Origin: an uncultured virus (IMG/VR IMGVR_UViG_3300011474_000007)
Lineage: Duplodnaviria; Heunggongvirae; Uroviricota; Caudoviricetes
Direction: 5' to 3' (one strand)
IMG/VR virus record: IMGVR_UViG_3300011474_000007
Coordinates: 1-64,000 of that record
DNA length: 64,000 bases
The stretch's first letter is position 1; each line of letters begins with the position of its first letter. Both the position numbers and the translations under genes were made by a program. Below are positions 1-11,623 of the stretch, piece by piece. The notes under the pieces are model-generated. The model saw only the letters and a list, made by a program, of their open reading frames with translations, did not search any database and was not told where the DNA came from.

Positions 1-123
1 ACTTCTTTACTCATATTAACATCTTCCCTCTCTTTTAAAAAATTACTTGTAAGGAATGTTTGTCCAAACCTTACAAGTATTATATTACCAAATTATTTTA
101 TATTGGTCAACTATGTATTTAAT

Positions 124-774
124 TTATTTTATATTATTTGATAACTTATCTATTAATCCTACTAAATAACCTCCAATAAAGTTACCCATAACTATAACAC
201 TTATTTTAATAATAGTATATTTATTCCATATATGACTACATGAAATATAAAATATATCAGCAATACTATGCTCAAAACCACAAAACACAAAAATAACTAC
301 TGGAATCAAAATTGAGATTGTTTTATCTATTAAATATTTTTGTTTTGAAGATAATAAAACTCCATATCCTACTAATATTCCACAGAAAATTGCTAGTATA
401 AATAAACTAATATTTGTGTCTGCAACTTTTAATTGAACTAATTTATATGCTTTAGTTTGTAAATTTGTATTTAATCTTGTTGATTCAAATACATAAGCTG
501 CTAAGTATGCTCCTATAAAATTTCCTATCAATGATTGTAAAATTAGCAAAATATGTTCTTTTTTATTTTGAGCAACTGATAACAATGGATTCAATCTTGT
601 ATATAATAGGTTACTAAAATTCATAACTAAGAATAATCCTATTACAAATAATACGCTTCCTATAATTTTGTTATCAGTTAAAAGATAGGATATACATCCT
701 ATAGAAATATATATCCCAACCATTACTGAATTTAATAAATTTAATAATATTTTCTTAAATTTATTCATAAACAC
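124..774 (-). CDS. Formate/nitrite transporter (FNT, FocA/NirC family)
   Basis: About 6 hydrophobic helices, GN(F)IG repeats and the GFEHSIAD motif typical of FNT channels; 3 bp downstream of nrdG. Confidence 0.85.
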   Translation of the reverse strand: MFMNKFKKILLNLLNSVMVGIYISIGCISYLLTDNKIIGSVLFVIGLFLVMNFSNLLYTRLNPLLSVAQNKKEHILLILQSLIGNFIGAYLAAYVFESTRLNTNLQTKAYKLVQLKVADTNISLFILAIFCGILVGYGVLLSSKQKYLIDKTISILIPVVIFVFCGFEHSIADIFYISCSHIWNKYTIIKISVIVMGNFIGGYLVGLIDKLSNNIK

Positions 775-777
775 CTC

Positions 778-1281
778 TTAATAATTATACTCCCATAATA
801 CTATTTTATTTTGTTTTAAACTTTTTTGTACATCTATTACTCTTTGATTTGAAGAGCCTTTAAACTTTAATTTTAAACTTCTTTTATTTATATGAAATTT
901 ACCATCTATTAATACATCTATATATTTCAGCAACTGTTTTTTTAATTTGTTTTTCATAATATCATCATAAGAATATCCAGTCCATAGCCAAATAGGCTTT
1001 CTAGATTCTTTTTTTAATCTTTCTAATAAGTGTAACATTATTCCCATATCTTGCTGCATAGGCTCTCCACCTAAAATATTGATTCCTTTAACATTTGGAT
1101 TATTTGCATATCTCAAGAATTGATCTTCTTCTTCTTGTGTCCATTTGTGCCCATAATTAAAATCTTGTGCTACTTTATTAAAACACCCCTCACATTTGTG
1201 AGTACAACCACTTACAAACAATGTTGTGCATACATAAGGGGCATTAGCAATATCATACTCTAACATTTCACTATAATTCAT
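778..1281 (-). CDS. nrdG: Anaerobic ribonucleotide reductase activating enzyme (radical SAM)
   Basis: CxxxCxxC (CTHKCEGC), LGGEP and GSSNQR motifs; follows nrdD. Confidence 0.95.
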   Translation of the reverse strand: MNYSEMLEYDIANAPYVCTTLFVSGCTHKCEGCFNKVAQDFNYGHKWTQEEEDQFLRYANNPNVKGINILGGEPMQQDMGIMLHLLERLKKESRKPIWLWTGYSYDDIMKNKLKKQLLKYIDVLIDGKFHINKRSLKLKFKGSSNQRVIDVQKSLKQNKIVLWEYNY

Positions 1282-1313
1282 TAAAAAACACTTCCCTTAG
1301 ATATTTCGTAATA

Positions 1314-4300
1314 TTATAAATGTGTTACTCTTTCTTTTATTTCTTGAGTCCTTCCTATACTCCAATAGTTTGTGCCTATATAACCACAAGTTCTTCTCAT
1401 TACTTGCATTTCTGATTCATCTCTATTACCACAATTAGGACAATACCACTTAAAATTTTCATCATTTAACATTTCACCACTATATCCACATTTATAACAT
1501 ATATCAGGTTTAGTATTAATCTCAGCATATTGAATATTATGATATATAAAATTAATTACTTGTTCCACTGCTTCTAAGTTTTTACTCATATCTGGAACTT
1601 CTATGTAAGATATACACCCACCCAAGCTAATATTATGAAATTGTGATTCAAATTTTAATTTACTAAAAGCATCAATTTTTTCGCATACATTAACGTGGTA
1701 AGAATTTGTATAATATAATTTATCTGTAACATTAGGTATTTCTCCAAATTTTTGTTTATCTATTCTACAGAATCTATAAACAGTGTTCTCTGCAGGCGAA
1801 CCATATAAACTAAATCCTAAGCCAGTTTCTTCTTTCCATTTTTTACAACAATTATTCATATGATTCATAACTTCTAATGCAAACTTTTCTCCCTCTTTAG
1901 TTGTATGACTAATCCCTAGCATAGCTTGAACCATTTCATATATGCCAACATATCCTAGTGATAATGTTGAATAACCACTCTTTAAATATTTATCTATTTT
2001 TTCACCCTTATGTAATCTTGCTATTGCACCATGTTGCCAATGAATAGGAGAAATATCTGATAATGTTCCTAATAACTGTTTATGTCTAAATAATAATGCT
2101 TCCTTACATAATTCTAATCTTTGATTTAAAATATTCCAAAATAAATCCATATTTTTATTTGCTATAATACCTATTTGCGGAAGATTTAAACTAACAACTC
2201 CTTGATTAAATCTTCCATAAAATTTATAATTGCCATTCTCATCTTTATAAGGTGAAAGGTGAGACCTGCACAAGCGAGATGTATATTACTATACTGGTTA
2301 CTCACTTCGACTATATCTTTACAAATATAAATATTAACAATTATACTTGCACCTTGCACTTCCATCAATGGAATTTCACCCTTGATGTACTCTACTCAGT
2401 TACTCTCCTGTATTATTACAAGATACCCTTTCGATAGTCTGTTGACCTTTTATATAATCTTCATAATATTTGAAATAATAACCATTGTATGGAGACTTAG
2501 TTTTCCTTTTACATCTAGAACAAACCATACTATCAGTTGTAACATTGTGAAATTTTTGCAGTTCTCTAATTGAATTAAATATATTAATATTTTTTGGATT
2601 ATCTATAGAGATAGATACACATTTTTTAGAGGTAGGGCTTAGTATACCTCGTTTCCCAAACATACCATTTCTCTCACCACAAAATCCCCCATGAATCCTC
2701 ATTGGGTTTTTATCGCCTAGCTTGCTTTTACTTAATTTTTTCGATATTTCTTTTCTATTAGGGTGTTTAGACAGTGTATCTCCTCCACATTTTCCTTTGC
2801 TTGTTTTAGTATTATAACCTTTATTTATTGTATCTAATTTATTAATCCAAAGCATTTCTTTTTCATCTAATTCAGATTGAGTTGTCGCACTATCTATTTG
2901 CTCTATATGAAAATTTTCAGCTCCATATTTTCTTACTGCTCGATAAAATTTTGTATCATGTTCATATTTTTGATATCCCATGTGTCTTTTAAATCTTTGT
3001 TTTAAGGTTTCACTAGTTTGTCCTATATATAGTTTATTATTTTTTTTACATACTATTTTATATATTATCAAAGTTATTACACCTTATTTTTTTAGCTCGT
3101 TATAAGATTATATAACTTGGCACAGGATTGACCTCAACTTTACTTGGTAGGCTTCCCCTGTTAGCCTATTCATTAACAAATTATTTCTCATTTGATACTT
3201 TAACGTTGAATAGACACCCTAGATTTCTAGGTTCACAAGGTTTTACATGGGCAACTTATTTACCCATCGGTGGGAAAGTATTCCCTTCATAATTTTCTCT
3301 CATCATTTTAGCTGATTGATAGTCCGGAACTAATCTTTTTGCTGTACATTTAGCAGCTAATTTAGTTATGTAATCATACTTGCCACCTTCTAAACAATTA
3401 TGTTCATCTAATAAATAAACTAGCTTAGGGAAAGCCTCTCCAATTTCCTGCCCTTTATAATTTTTCATACCTTTTAATCTTTGCTTTATCATTTCTTCAC
3501 AAATCAACGCTTGTTCTTCTTCATATTCACTTCCAGCTTCTATTTGTAAATGTATAGTAGCAAACGGTGCTTGCTTGCACCACTTTATATTTCTATAAAG
3601 AATAGACTATCTCTTTACCCTCAACATAGTTGATAGGGTAGTCGGCACTTCGGAATAAGGAGTTCCACCTTAAACCTACACTATTCATAACCATATTCAA
3701 TAAGAACTTAGGTCGTTTTAGTTAGTCGTTACACCTTCAAAGAAGTTTTCTTCTAAGTTTGGCTCGGTATTGGCATGTTAAATTTAAATATAAATCCATT
3801 TATATCCTGCAAAAGTTTTATGAGCACCCTTGCAGGCTTTTGATAAATTATCACTTTTTTTACCTGTGTAGTAAATTTCGGCTTCAATAGCACTATTAAA
3901 AATCTCATTTGTATCTAAATTTTTAACTTTTTTAAATGTAGAATTTTGTTTATCTTTTTTCATTAAACATATACTTTTTACATACCATTTAAAACTTTCC
4001 TCCATCATTTATATTTAAATTTAATTTAGCTTTCACCGATAGCATTACTACAGTATAGTAATACACCCTAGATTTCTAGGTTCACCGACTGATACTCTAA
4101 CATATTACTATATTAGACAGCCATTTTGACCATTAGTTGTTTGCAATGTAGATAACTGATATCTTATAGTTTGTACACCGTCTTTTAAAGCTTTTTTTCT
4201 TCTATGCTTTGCTTCCTTTAAAGCCAATTCCTTATCATTGTATTCTTTCATAAAATATTTATATTCTTTATCATAACTCTTTCTTAAATAAGGTGCTAAA

Positions 4301-4983
4301 TGTTTAATTGTTATACTTTGTCCACCATATTGATTACTAGCAACTTGAGCCATTATTTGAGTAACTACAGTACATGCTGTTTCAAAAGATTTAGGAGATT
4401 CAACTAGTTTATCATTTATTACAGTTCCATTGTCTAACATATCTTGTAAATTTATTAAACAACAATTAAAAATTTTTTGAATAGCATAATCTAAATCATG
4501 ATAATGTATTATTCCATTATCATGTGCTTGTACTATGTATGTTGGTATCTTTTTTCTTCTTGCTATGTCTTTTGATACTTCTCCAGCAATTAGATCTCTT
4601 TGAGTTGAAGCCACATAAGCATTTTTATTAGAATTTTCTCTCATTATATCTTCATTAGTTGTATCAATTAGAGATAATATACTTTCATCAGTAGTGTTTG
4701 TTCCTCTTTTAAATTCTTGAACAGCTCTATATCCTTCATAAGCTTTTGCAGTTTGATTTTGCTTGTATTGAATTAATTTATTATAAACATAGGTTTCAAT
4801 TTGAAATATAGTAGGGATAGAATCCAGTGTTTTAAAATATTCTTCGGCATCACTACTTATAGTTTTTGCTATTTTAGGTAAATATACTCCACTTCCATTC
4901 TTCATAGCCTTTACAATTGCTATCTCTATTTTATTCTTGTCAAAATTTGTTTTTGTACCATCTCTTTTTATAATTTTAATCAT
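1314..4983 (-). CDS. nrdD: Class III (anaerobic) ribonucleotide reductase, 3 exons
   Basis: Exons 4983-4129, 3573-3262 and 2270-1314 join in frame (TTNG|QAPF and PPMG|CRSH) to 707 aa; N-terminal ATP cone, CxxC...CxxC metal site and RRTCGY glycyl-radical loop. Confidence 0.95.
2271..3261 (-). ncRNA. Group I intron (second nrdD intron), contains GIY-YIG endonuclease
   Basis: Exon ends in U (ATGGGT) pairing with intron GCCCAT (P1 with U-G); terminal G at 2271; GACTA and GATATAGTC (P7) elements; removal restores PMGCRS. Confidence 0.93.
2400..3071 (-). CDS. Intron-encoded GIY-YIG homing endonuclease
   Basis: IIY...LYIGQT...R...E...GYN motif, NUMOD3/NUMOD1-like C-terminus; lies inside the intron. 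Confidence 0.9.
   Translation of the reverse strand: MIIYKIVCKKNNKLYIGQTSETLKQRFKRHMGYQKYEHDTKFYRAVRKYGAENFHIEQIDSATTQSELDEKEMLWINKLDTINKGYNTKTSKGKCGGDTLSKHPNRKEISKKLSKSKLGDKNPMRIHGGFCGERNGMFGKRGILSPTSKKCVSISIDNPKNINIFNSIRELQKFHNVTTDSMVCSRCKRKTKSPYNGYYFKYYEDYIKGQQTIERVSCNNTGE
3574..4128 (-). ncRNA. Group I intron (first nrdD intron)
   Basis: Exon ends AATGGT; intron ends in G before CAA GCA CCG TTT; shares GAACCTAGAAATCTAGGGTGT and P7 elements with the second intron. Confidence 0.92.
3784..4008 (-). CDS. NUMOD1-like DNA-binding mini-ORF (homing endonuclease remnant) inside intron
   Basis: KKVKNLDTNEIFNSAIEA...LSKACKG..KTFAGYKW pattern; no nuclease domain. Confidence 0.65.
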   Translation of the reverse strand: MMEESFKWYVKSICLMKKDKQNSTFKKVKNLDTNEIFNSAIEAEIYYTGKKSDNLSKACKGAHKTFAGYKWIYI

Positions 4984-5123
4984 GCAATTCCTTCTTTCTT
5001 GTTAATTAATTAATGTCTATTAATCTCTCAATCTATTTTTAAATATTCACTCACCTCCTTCATAAGCTCATCACATTTTTCTTTGTCAAATTATTTTTAA
5101 ATAAAATCAACCTTTTATTTAAT

Positions 5124-5324
5124 CTATTTAAAATGAATACCAACTATCTCAAAAATACCTCTTATTTGATATTCCCAAGCTATTAAATTATCCCCTTGTA
5201 TTTTAGGAAATATTCTTTTGAATTGTCTTATATATTCTTCAGGAGTTATATCACATCCCTTTTTAATTTTAGAAGTAATATCCACTTCTATTTTATATAA
5301 TATTTGATCATCTAACATAAACAA
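5124..5324 (-). CDS. Hypothetical protein
   Basis: ORF with RBS (GGAAAGGGTG) on the operon strand. Confidence 0.55.
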   Translation of the reverse strand: MFMLDDQILYKIEVDITSKIKKGCDITPEEYIRQFKRIFPKIQGDNLIAWEYQIRGIFEIVGIHFK

Positions 5325-5385
5325 TCACCCTTTCCATATTTGTTTTCTCATAGTCTTATTAGCATTTTAAAACCCCCTTAAATCT

Positions 5386-6006
5386 TTATTTAATAATATA
5401 CCCTTTTACTCTCATTCTTCCCATGTTATTTACTCTTCTCAAATATTCATAATCAGATTCATCTTCATTCTTAGATATAAAAACATCTAGTCTATATTTA
5501 TCGTCAAAATCACTGCCTCCTCTATCTAAAACTTCTACTACTCCATATCCCTGTAATTTAATTTTTGTACCTTGAGGCAAGACATTATTAGCTACCATAC
5601 CATCTCTTAATTTATTTCCATTACACGTAACCGCTCCATACTTACTATTTTCACAATTTAATGATGTATAAAATGTAATTTCAAACATTTCTTCACTTCC
5701 TAATACATCACCTCCTCTCGATAACTTAGCTTTTTTTAACTGTATATTTTTATCTTTTAGACTTCTTACATCATTTTCTAAATTTTTTATTTTCTTATTT
5801 TTTTCATTATTTATACTTTCTATATTTTTAATTTGCACATCTTTTTTATCAATTTCTTTATCTAATATTTTATTTCTAGTTTGTTCTTTTTCAAATTTCT
5901 TTTGTTGGGTATGTATTTGTTGTTCATTCTTATTTTTAATATGTAATAAATGCATATTACTTATAGCTAAAATACAAATTATAGCTAGTAATCTTTTCGA
6001 TTTCAA
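5386..6006 (-). CDS. Secreted or membrane-anchored coiled-coil + 3D domain protein (putative lytic transglycosylase-like)
   Basis: N-terminal hydrophobic segment, coiled coil, SRGG linker, then T-F-Y...VLDRGG...RLDVF 3D pattern; start moved to TTG at 6006 after AAAGGATGG. Confidence 0.75.
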   Translation of the reverse strand: MKSKRLLAIICILAISNMHLLHIKNKNEQQIHTQQKKFEKEQTRNKILDKEIDKKDVQIKNIESINNEKNKKIKNLENDVRSLKDKNIQLKKAKLSRGGDVLGSEEMFEITFYTSLNCENSKYGAVTCNGNKLRDGMVANNVLPQGTKIKLQGYGVVEVLDRGGSDFDDKYRLDVFISKNEDESDYEYLRRVNNMGRMRVKGYIIK

Positions 6007-6026
6007 ATAACCATCCTTTCTACTAT

Positions 6027-6374
6027 TTAATCGTCGTTCCATCCGCAATATGGGCATTTTCTAATACTTATTAACTGTCCACATTCCGTTCCAAAATGCT
6101 CTAAATTCTCATTATCTCTTTTTGTTATTACAATTAATTCTTCATTGCATTTTGGACACCTATCATTATTAAAATTATAATCTTCTATTTCTGATTCCAT
6201 TCTTTGTAATGTTTGTTTTAATCTTTTTACTTTATTTTGTTTTATCATATTTAAAGAATCTGATACAAATTCATGTAATAAATTTAACCCATCGTCTTGT
6301 AAATATATTTCTGGATTACGAAAAATATCTTTAAATTCATTAAAATAAATTTCTCCTTTATCCATTTTAACCAC
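6027..6374 (-). CDS. Hypothetical Zn-ribbon protein
   Basis: CPKC...CPYC; GGGAGG RBS and its own sigma-A promoter. Confidence 0.65.
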   Translation of the reverse strand: MVKMDKGEIYFNEFKDIFRNPEIYLQDDGLNLLHEFVSDSLNMIKQNKVKRLKQTLQRMESEIEDYNFNNDRCPKCNEELIVITKRDNENLEHFGTECGQLISIRKCPYCGWNDD

Positions 6375-6658
6375 CTCCCATTTAATATTATCAAATTATT
6401 TTATATAAGTCAAGCATCTGAATTTATTTTAACTTTTCATAAAAACTATATATAACCCTAGGTTTCTTATATTTTTATATAATTCAATATTTAATTTTTA
6501 ATACAAATTTATTAAAATTGTTTACTTTTTTCATATTTACATAATATTTATAATGTAAATTAATTTTCTTCTTTCTATTGTTTCAAATGTTTTATTTACT
6601 GTTTTCTCCTAATTCTTCTAACTCCATATACTTTCTTATAAATTGTTTTATATTATAA

Positions 6659-7279
6659 TTATTTACTCCAAAATTTCCATTTAGATTTTCTTTTATTCTT
6701 TTCCTTATTGTTAAAATAATTATTTTGAAAAGTTTCTAATTCTGATTTTAGTATATCATTATATTCTTGCAATAAATTTATCTTCTTGTCCATAAAATCT
6801 ATTGTTTTATCTTTGTTATCTATAAAGTTAGATATATTATTCATATAATCTATTTGCCCCTCAAAATATCCGAATTTATATGTATTATCATATTCATTCT
6901 CATAAACAACTAGCTCTGATCTAGGGATCATATCTCCTTCCTTATAAGATTTATTACCTCTAAGTTGTACAAAGTAATCCAATTCGTATAAATCATCTTT
7001 AGACGTTATAGTTTGATATATTTGATCCTCTATGATTATTAATACTTGTCTTATATTACAATCTGTTTGACATGTATAATAATCATATTCTAAATCATCA
7101 TTACATCCTTTGTGATTAAATAATTCCAATTCATTTTCCTGTTCTATATCATTTTCTATTTTATTCAATTGTTCTGTTAATTCATTAAACCACTCTCTAT
7201 CTTTTGTTTCTAATGCTATATTAATCATGTCTTTCATAAATTCTTTATCTTTAATATCTGATATGGTAATCACCTCCAA
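6659..7279 (-). CDS. IDEAL-domain-like hypothetical protein
   Basis: MINIALETKDREWFNEL resembles the IDEAL motif; basic/aromatic C-terminus KWKFW. Confidence 0.55.
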   Translation of the reverse strand: MEVITISDIKDKEFMKDMINIALETKDREWFNELTEQLNKIENDIEQENELELFNHKGCNDDLEYDYYTCQTDCNIRQVLIIIEDQIYQTITSKDDLYELDYFVQLRGNKSYKEGDMIPRSELVVYENEYDNTYKFGYFEGQIDYMNNISNFIDNKDKTIDFMDKKINLLQEYNDILKSELETFQNNYFNNKEKNKRKSKWKFWSK

Positions 7280-7345
7280 GGCTTGGATAAGAAAATGAAT
7301 TTATACTACTCTCCTATTAAAATAAATATGTTCATAATTATTAAT

Positions 7346-7864
7346 CTATATATTTTTCAGATAATCTCTTATATAATATTTAAGAACATAATAAATAAAT
7401 ATAAATGCAACATCTCTATCAATAAATATAAAAGGAAAATCATATGATATTGATAAACTATGCAACATAGCAAGATAAGAATTAGGTTCAAGTTTGTTTT
7501 TATAAGTTTTATTAATTATATTTTTATATGTATCATCTTCTATCATTAATATCAATTTGCTATCTTTGGCTTTTTCAAACTCTCTTTTAAATCTATCTCT
7601 ATTCGTACTTATATTATTGCCTAACTCATTTAGACTATTTTTTCTCTCAATCACTATTTTAGTGTTAAAATAAATATCTTCTTTAATATTATACTTATCA
7701 TTTTTAGGTAGTTTTACAGAATAATCTCCAAAATCTAATTTATATTTTTCCCAGCTTATATCATACTTATCAAATGATTTTATAATATGTGAATTAGCTT
7801 TTTCTCTAGTATCTACTAAAATAACTATTGTATTTAGTAACTCTTTAATTTCTTTATCTTTCAT
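7346..7864 (-). CDS. ERCC4-type nuclease
   Basis: VDTRE...GDY...ERKxxxE...IE motif. Confidence 0.85.
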   Translation of the reverse strand: MKDKEIKELLNTIVILVDTREKANSHIIKSFDKYDISWEKYKLDFGDYSVKLPKNDKYNIKEDIYFNTKIVIERKNSLNELGNNISTNRDRFKREFEKAKDSKLILMIEDDTYKNIINKTYKNKLEPNSYLAMLHSLSISYDFPFIFIDRDVAFIFIYYVLKYYIRDYLKNI

Positions 7865-10800
7865 TAATTCACCACCATACTATAATTATTTAATATAAAT
7901 TCTTTTTCATCTAATACTACCCATTTACCATCAATTTTTCTTCTTTTTGGTTTTTCTTTAATATCATTTATACAAATCATATCATATTGGGATAATGGTT
8001 TTTCATTAAAATATTTTTTATCTACTTTAAGTGTTGCAGATGTTCCATCATTTAATTTATATAAAGTTATAAAAGGTGTCCCATACCTATTTTTTTCTAT
8101 CTCTGAAACTATTACAGTGTTATCATTGTATGATTTGTCTATATAAGATATATAACCTACGTATTCTGACTCTGTTTCAAATATTTCTTTAATAGATATA
8201 TCTTCATTAGGTATATTATCTATTAGCTTCTTCATTAAATTAAACATATCTATATCTTTAAATAATTTTTCCGTTTCTTTTTTTGAATATCTTCTAACTA
8301 AATCTATTGTTAATAAATTTGGTAAATTGTCCTTTCTAAATTGTTTCTTTTTATATACACTATTAAATATATTAAATATAGTTAATATCTTATTTGATTT
8401 ACCAAATTCAGAAAAGAAATCTAATTTTATAAGTATTTCAAATTGTCTCATATCAATACTTGTTTTATCCAAAATATCTTTCATAGCTTCCAAGAATGAA
8501 TCATATTTATTTTCTCTTAAACGATATAATTCCTCTCCTATTTTTTCATTACAATATTTTATACTTCCTATACCTTTATAAATAGTGTTAGTTTCTTTAT
8601 TAGGCATATATTTTCCACTAGAATATCTAAACTTAGGTGGTCTAATTGATATGTTTAATTGTTTTGCTAATTCTGTCCCCATTACAATATCTTTTTCGTT
8701 GTCTCCATTATTTAAATATGCTGTTGTAAACTCTAAAGGATAATAATATCTCAATAACCCACAATTATATCCTATCATACTATATCCTGTAGAATGATTA
8801 TATCCAAATTGATATTCAGCACTATCAGAAAGTATTTTTATAAATTGCTTTGCTTCTTTTTCTGCTATATCTTTTTCTTTATTGGCATATTTACAATATC
8901 CATCCAATATTTTGGGTAGCTCTTCTTCTAATATGTCTAGTTTTTTTCCACCTATTGCTCTTCTTACATTATCTGCATGGCTACCACTAAATCCACATAT
9001 ATTCATTAAAAACTTTAATGTATCTTCTTGGAATACTAAAAACCCATTGTTATCTTCTAATAATGCATCAATTTCTTTAGAAGGATTGTTGTTATATTCT
9101 CCTTGTATTAACCTGTCTCGATAACTTTTTCCTGAAGGTCTTAAAGAAGCGTTTACTAACGATAAATCATTAATTTTTAACTCTTCATTACTTTTAATTT
9201 TTCTTGAAATATATTTTTTTAATAAATCAAAGGCATAATTCGTTATTTCTTATGTTTCCATAAGAACTGACTATATCTTTATCTTATAACCTATATAAGA
9301 TACCATGCACTTCCAAACAAGGAATTTCACCCTGAATGTACTCTACTTTGTTATCGATTAAGAATATGGTCTTAATTTACATTTCGATAGTCGATTGAGG
9401 TTTTGTTAATTTATGTACATTAATTTCTTTTTTATAAATCTAATTTTTCACTTTTTATGTGTTTTCTTTTATATAATTTACTCTTATATAAGCCATGTCT
9501 TTTATTCATCATTATCTCCTATATGTGAACACACAAACCAACAACTTCCCACAGGATTGCCATATCATATTTAACTTAGGTTTTCCTGTTAGCATAATCA
9601 CTATTAGTCATTTCCTACTAATCCTAAACGTTGATTATACACCCTATATTTATAGGTTCACATGGTTTAACGAGAGCAATTTGTTTACCCTCAAACTGAA
9701 AAATTCCTACTGGCGATTCTATAATATTTCTCCACACCTCTTGATTTTCCCAATCTATCTCATGCGATTGTAGATAATTAGAGTTAATTAATTTATATGT
9801 ATCTTTTATAATTCCTATATTTTTTAAACCTAATATATCATATTTAACATAATTTAAATCATGTAATTCATCCATATTTATTTGTGAAATTATCTTATTA
9901 TCAGTATACATAACTCCTATATTATTTTTTAATGTAATAGGTGATGCCACTATACCTGCTGGATGCATACCTTTGCTAATAACAGTCCCTTTTAACCCAT
10001 CAAAATAATAAAATAATTCATTATACTTATCTTTTAAATTTAAATAGTTATTATATTTTTCTATAAACAAATCTATTTCTTTTTCATCTTTTAAATTTAG
10101 CTTCTTTAACTCATCTAAAAATTTATTATGTTTAAGAAAATCTAAATTGCTTTTTTCTTTTCCTGTTACTTTATTATAAGCGTCTGTATATTTTTGTTGT
10201 ATTGTTGCAAATTCTTCTTTTATATTTTTTGTATTATTTATACTATATTTTTTTGCTATCGCTTCATCATCTTCATATAAAATTGTCAAAGCTCTAGATA
10301 TTTCATCTATAGTACCTTTATCTGCTATTGTTCCTGTAGTTAAAATATAACAAGTGTATTCCTCTCCAAATCTATTAATAATATATTGATAAACCTTTTC
10401 TCTATCTGATGGGCTAAAATCCAAATCTATATCTCCTAAACTAACTCTATCTTCATTAGCAAAACGTGAAAAAATAGTATTCCATCGTACAGGATCTACA
10501 TCTATTATATCTAATATATAAGCAATAGTTGATCCCCCTACGCTTCCTCTACAAAAACCTGTTGGAATATCATTGTTATGGCACCATCTAACTAGCTCAC
10601 TCATGAATAACATGAAACTAAACATTCCTAGTTTCTTAAACACTTTATATTCTGTTTGTATATTTTTTATATATGCTTTATTACTACCATCAATAATTCC
10701 TTTATCTATTTTTTCTTGATATAATTTAGCTACAGTTTCTCTAAATGTTCTATCTTCATCCTTATATAAATTAGGATATTTAAAAGATGTATCAAAAGAA

Positions 10801-11609
10801 ATATCTTGAATTATATCATTTAATTTATTTGTATTATTTATTGCTTCTATATAGATATCATATGGTATTAGATTTTCTTTTTCTTCTTGTTGCTTATACT
10901 TTTCTATCAATGTTTCCGTTGTTTGAAAGGTTAAATCAAAAGAATCTTCATCAGCATAAACCATTTTTTTAGCAGTTTTTAATATTTTTCTACATTCAGC
11001 TTTATATTGCGTTGATGAGTGTGTATCTGTCCCTAATATTAAGGGTTTATTATATTTCTTAGATAATTTATATAAATACATATTAAAATCTCTTTGTTGT
11101 TGATAATCATGAGGTTGTATCTCAAAAAAAGTATATTTTTCTGCTAACTTTTCATAATAAGGATTTTTCTTATCTAATTGTGCTAATGGTGATGCTAGAC
11201 AAGCAGAAGTAGATATTATATTATCAGATATATTTAAAAATTCATCAAATGTAATTCTAGGTTTATAATATTTATGTAAGTTATCATCAGCTATTGATAC
11301 TAAAGACATTAATTCGGATACCCCTTCATTATTTTTAGCTATTAAGACTGTATGATAATTATCTCTAATTTTTTCATTTAATGTTTCTGTTAAATATACT
11401 TCACAAGCGAATACGAATTTTATATTTTTTTTATCACAATATTGTTTCTTTTCATACCAGTTTATTATATTACCATGTTCAGAGAATGCTATTGCTTTAA
11501 TATTATTTTTTTCACATAAATCTATATAGTCTTTATAATTTGTACAACTATCTAATAATGATAATTCCGTATGCACATGATATGGAAAATAGGTATGTAA
11601 AACATTCAA
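7864..11609 (-). CDS. dnaE: DNA polymerase III alpha (DnaE, family C), 2 exons
   Basis: Exons 11609-9687 and 9240-7864 join in frame (FQFEG|NYAFDLL) to 1099 aa; PHP domain (HVH, TDTH), RGS, DIDLD, HPAG, KYDILGL. Confidence 0.95.
9241..9686 (-). ncRNA. Group I intron in dnaE
   Basis: P1 GAGGGT/GCTCTC with U-G pair; terminal G at 9241; ATCGACTATCG and AAGATATAGTC core elements. Confidence 0.92.
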
Positions 11610-11623
11610 TATTATCCACCTCC

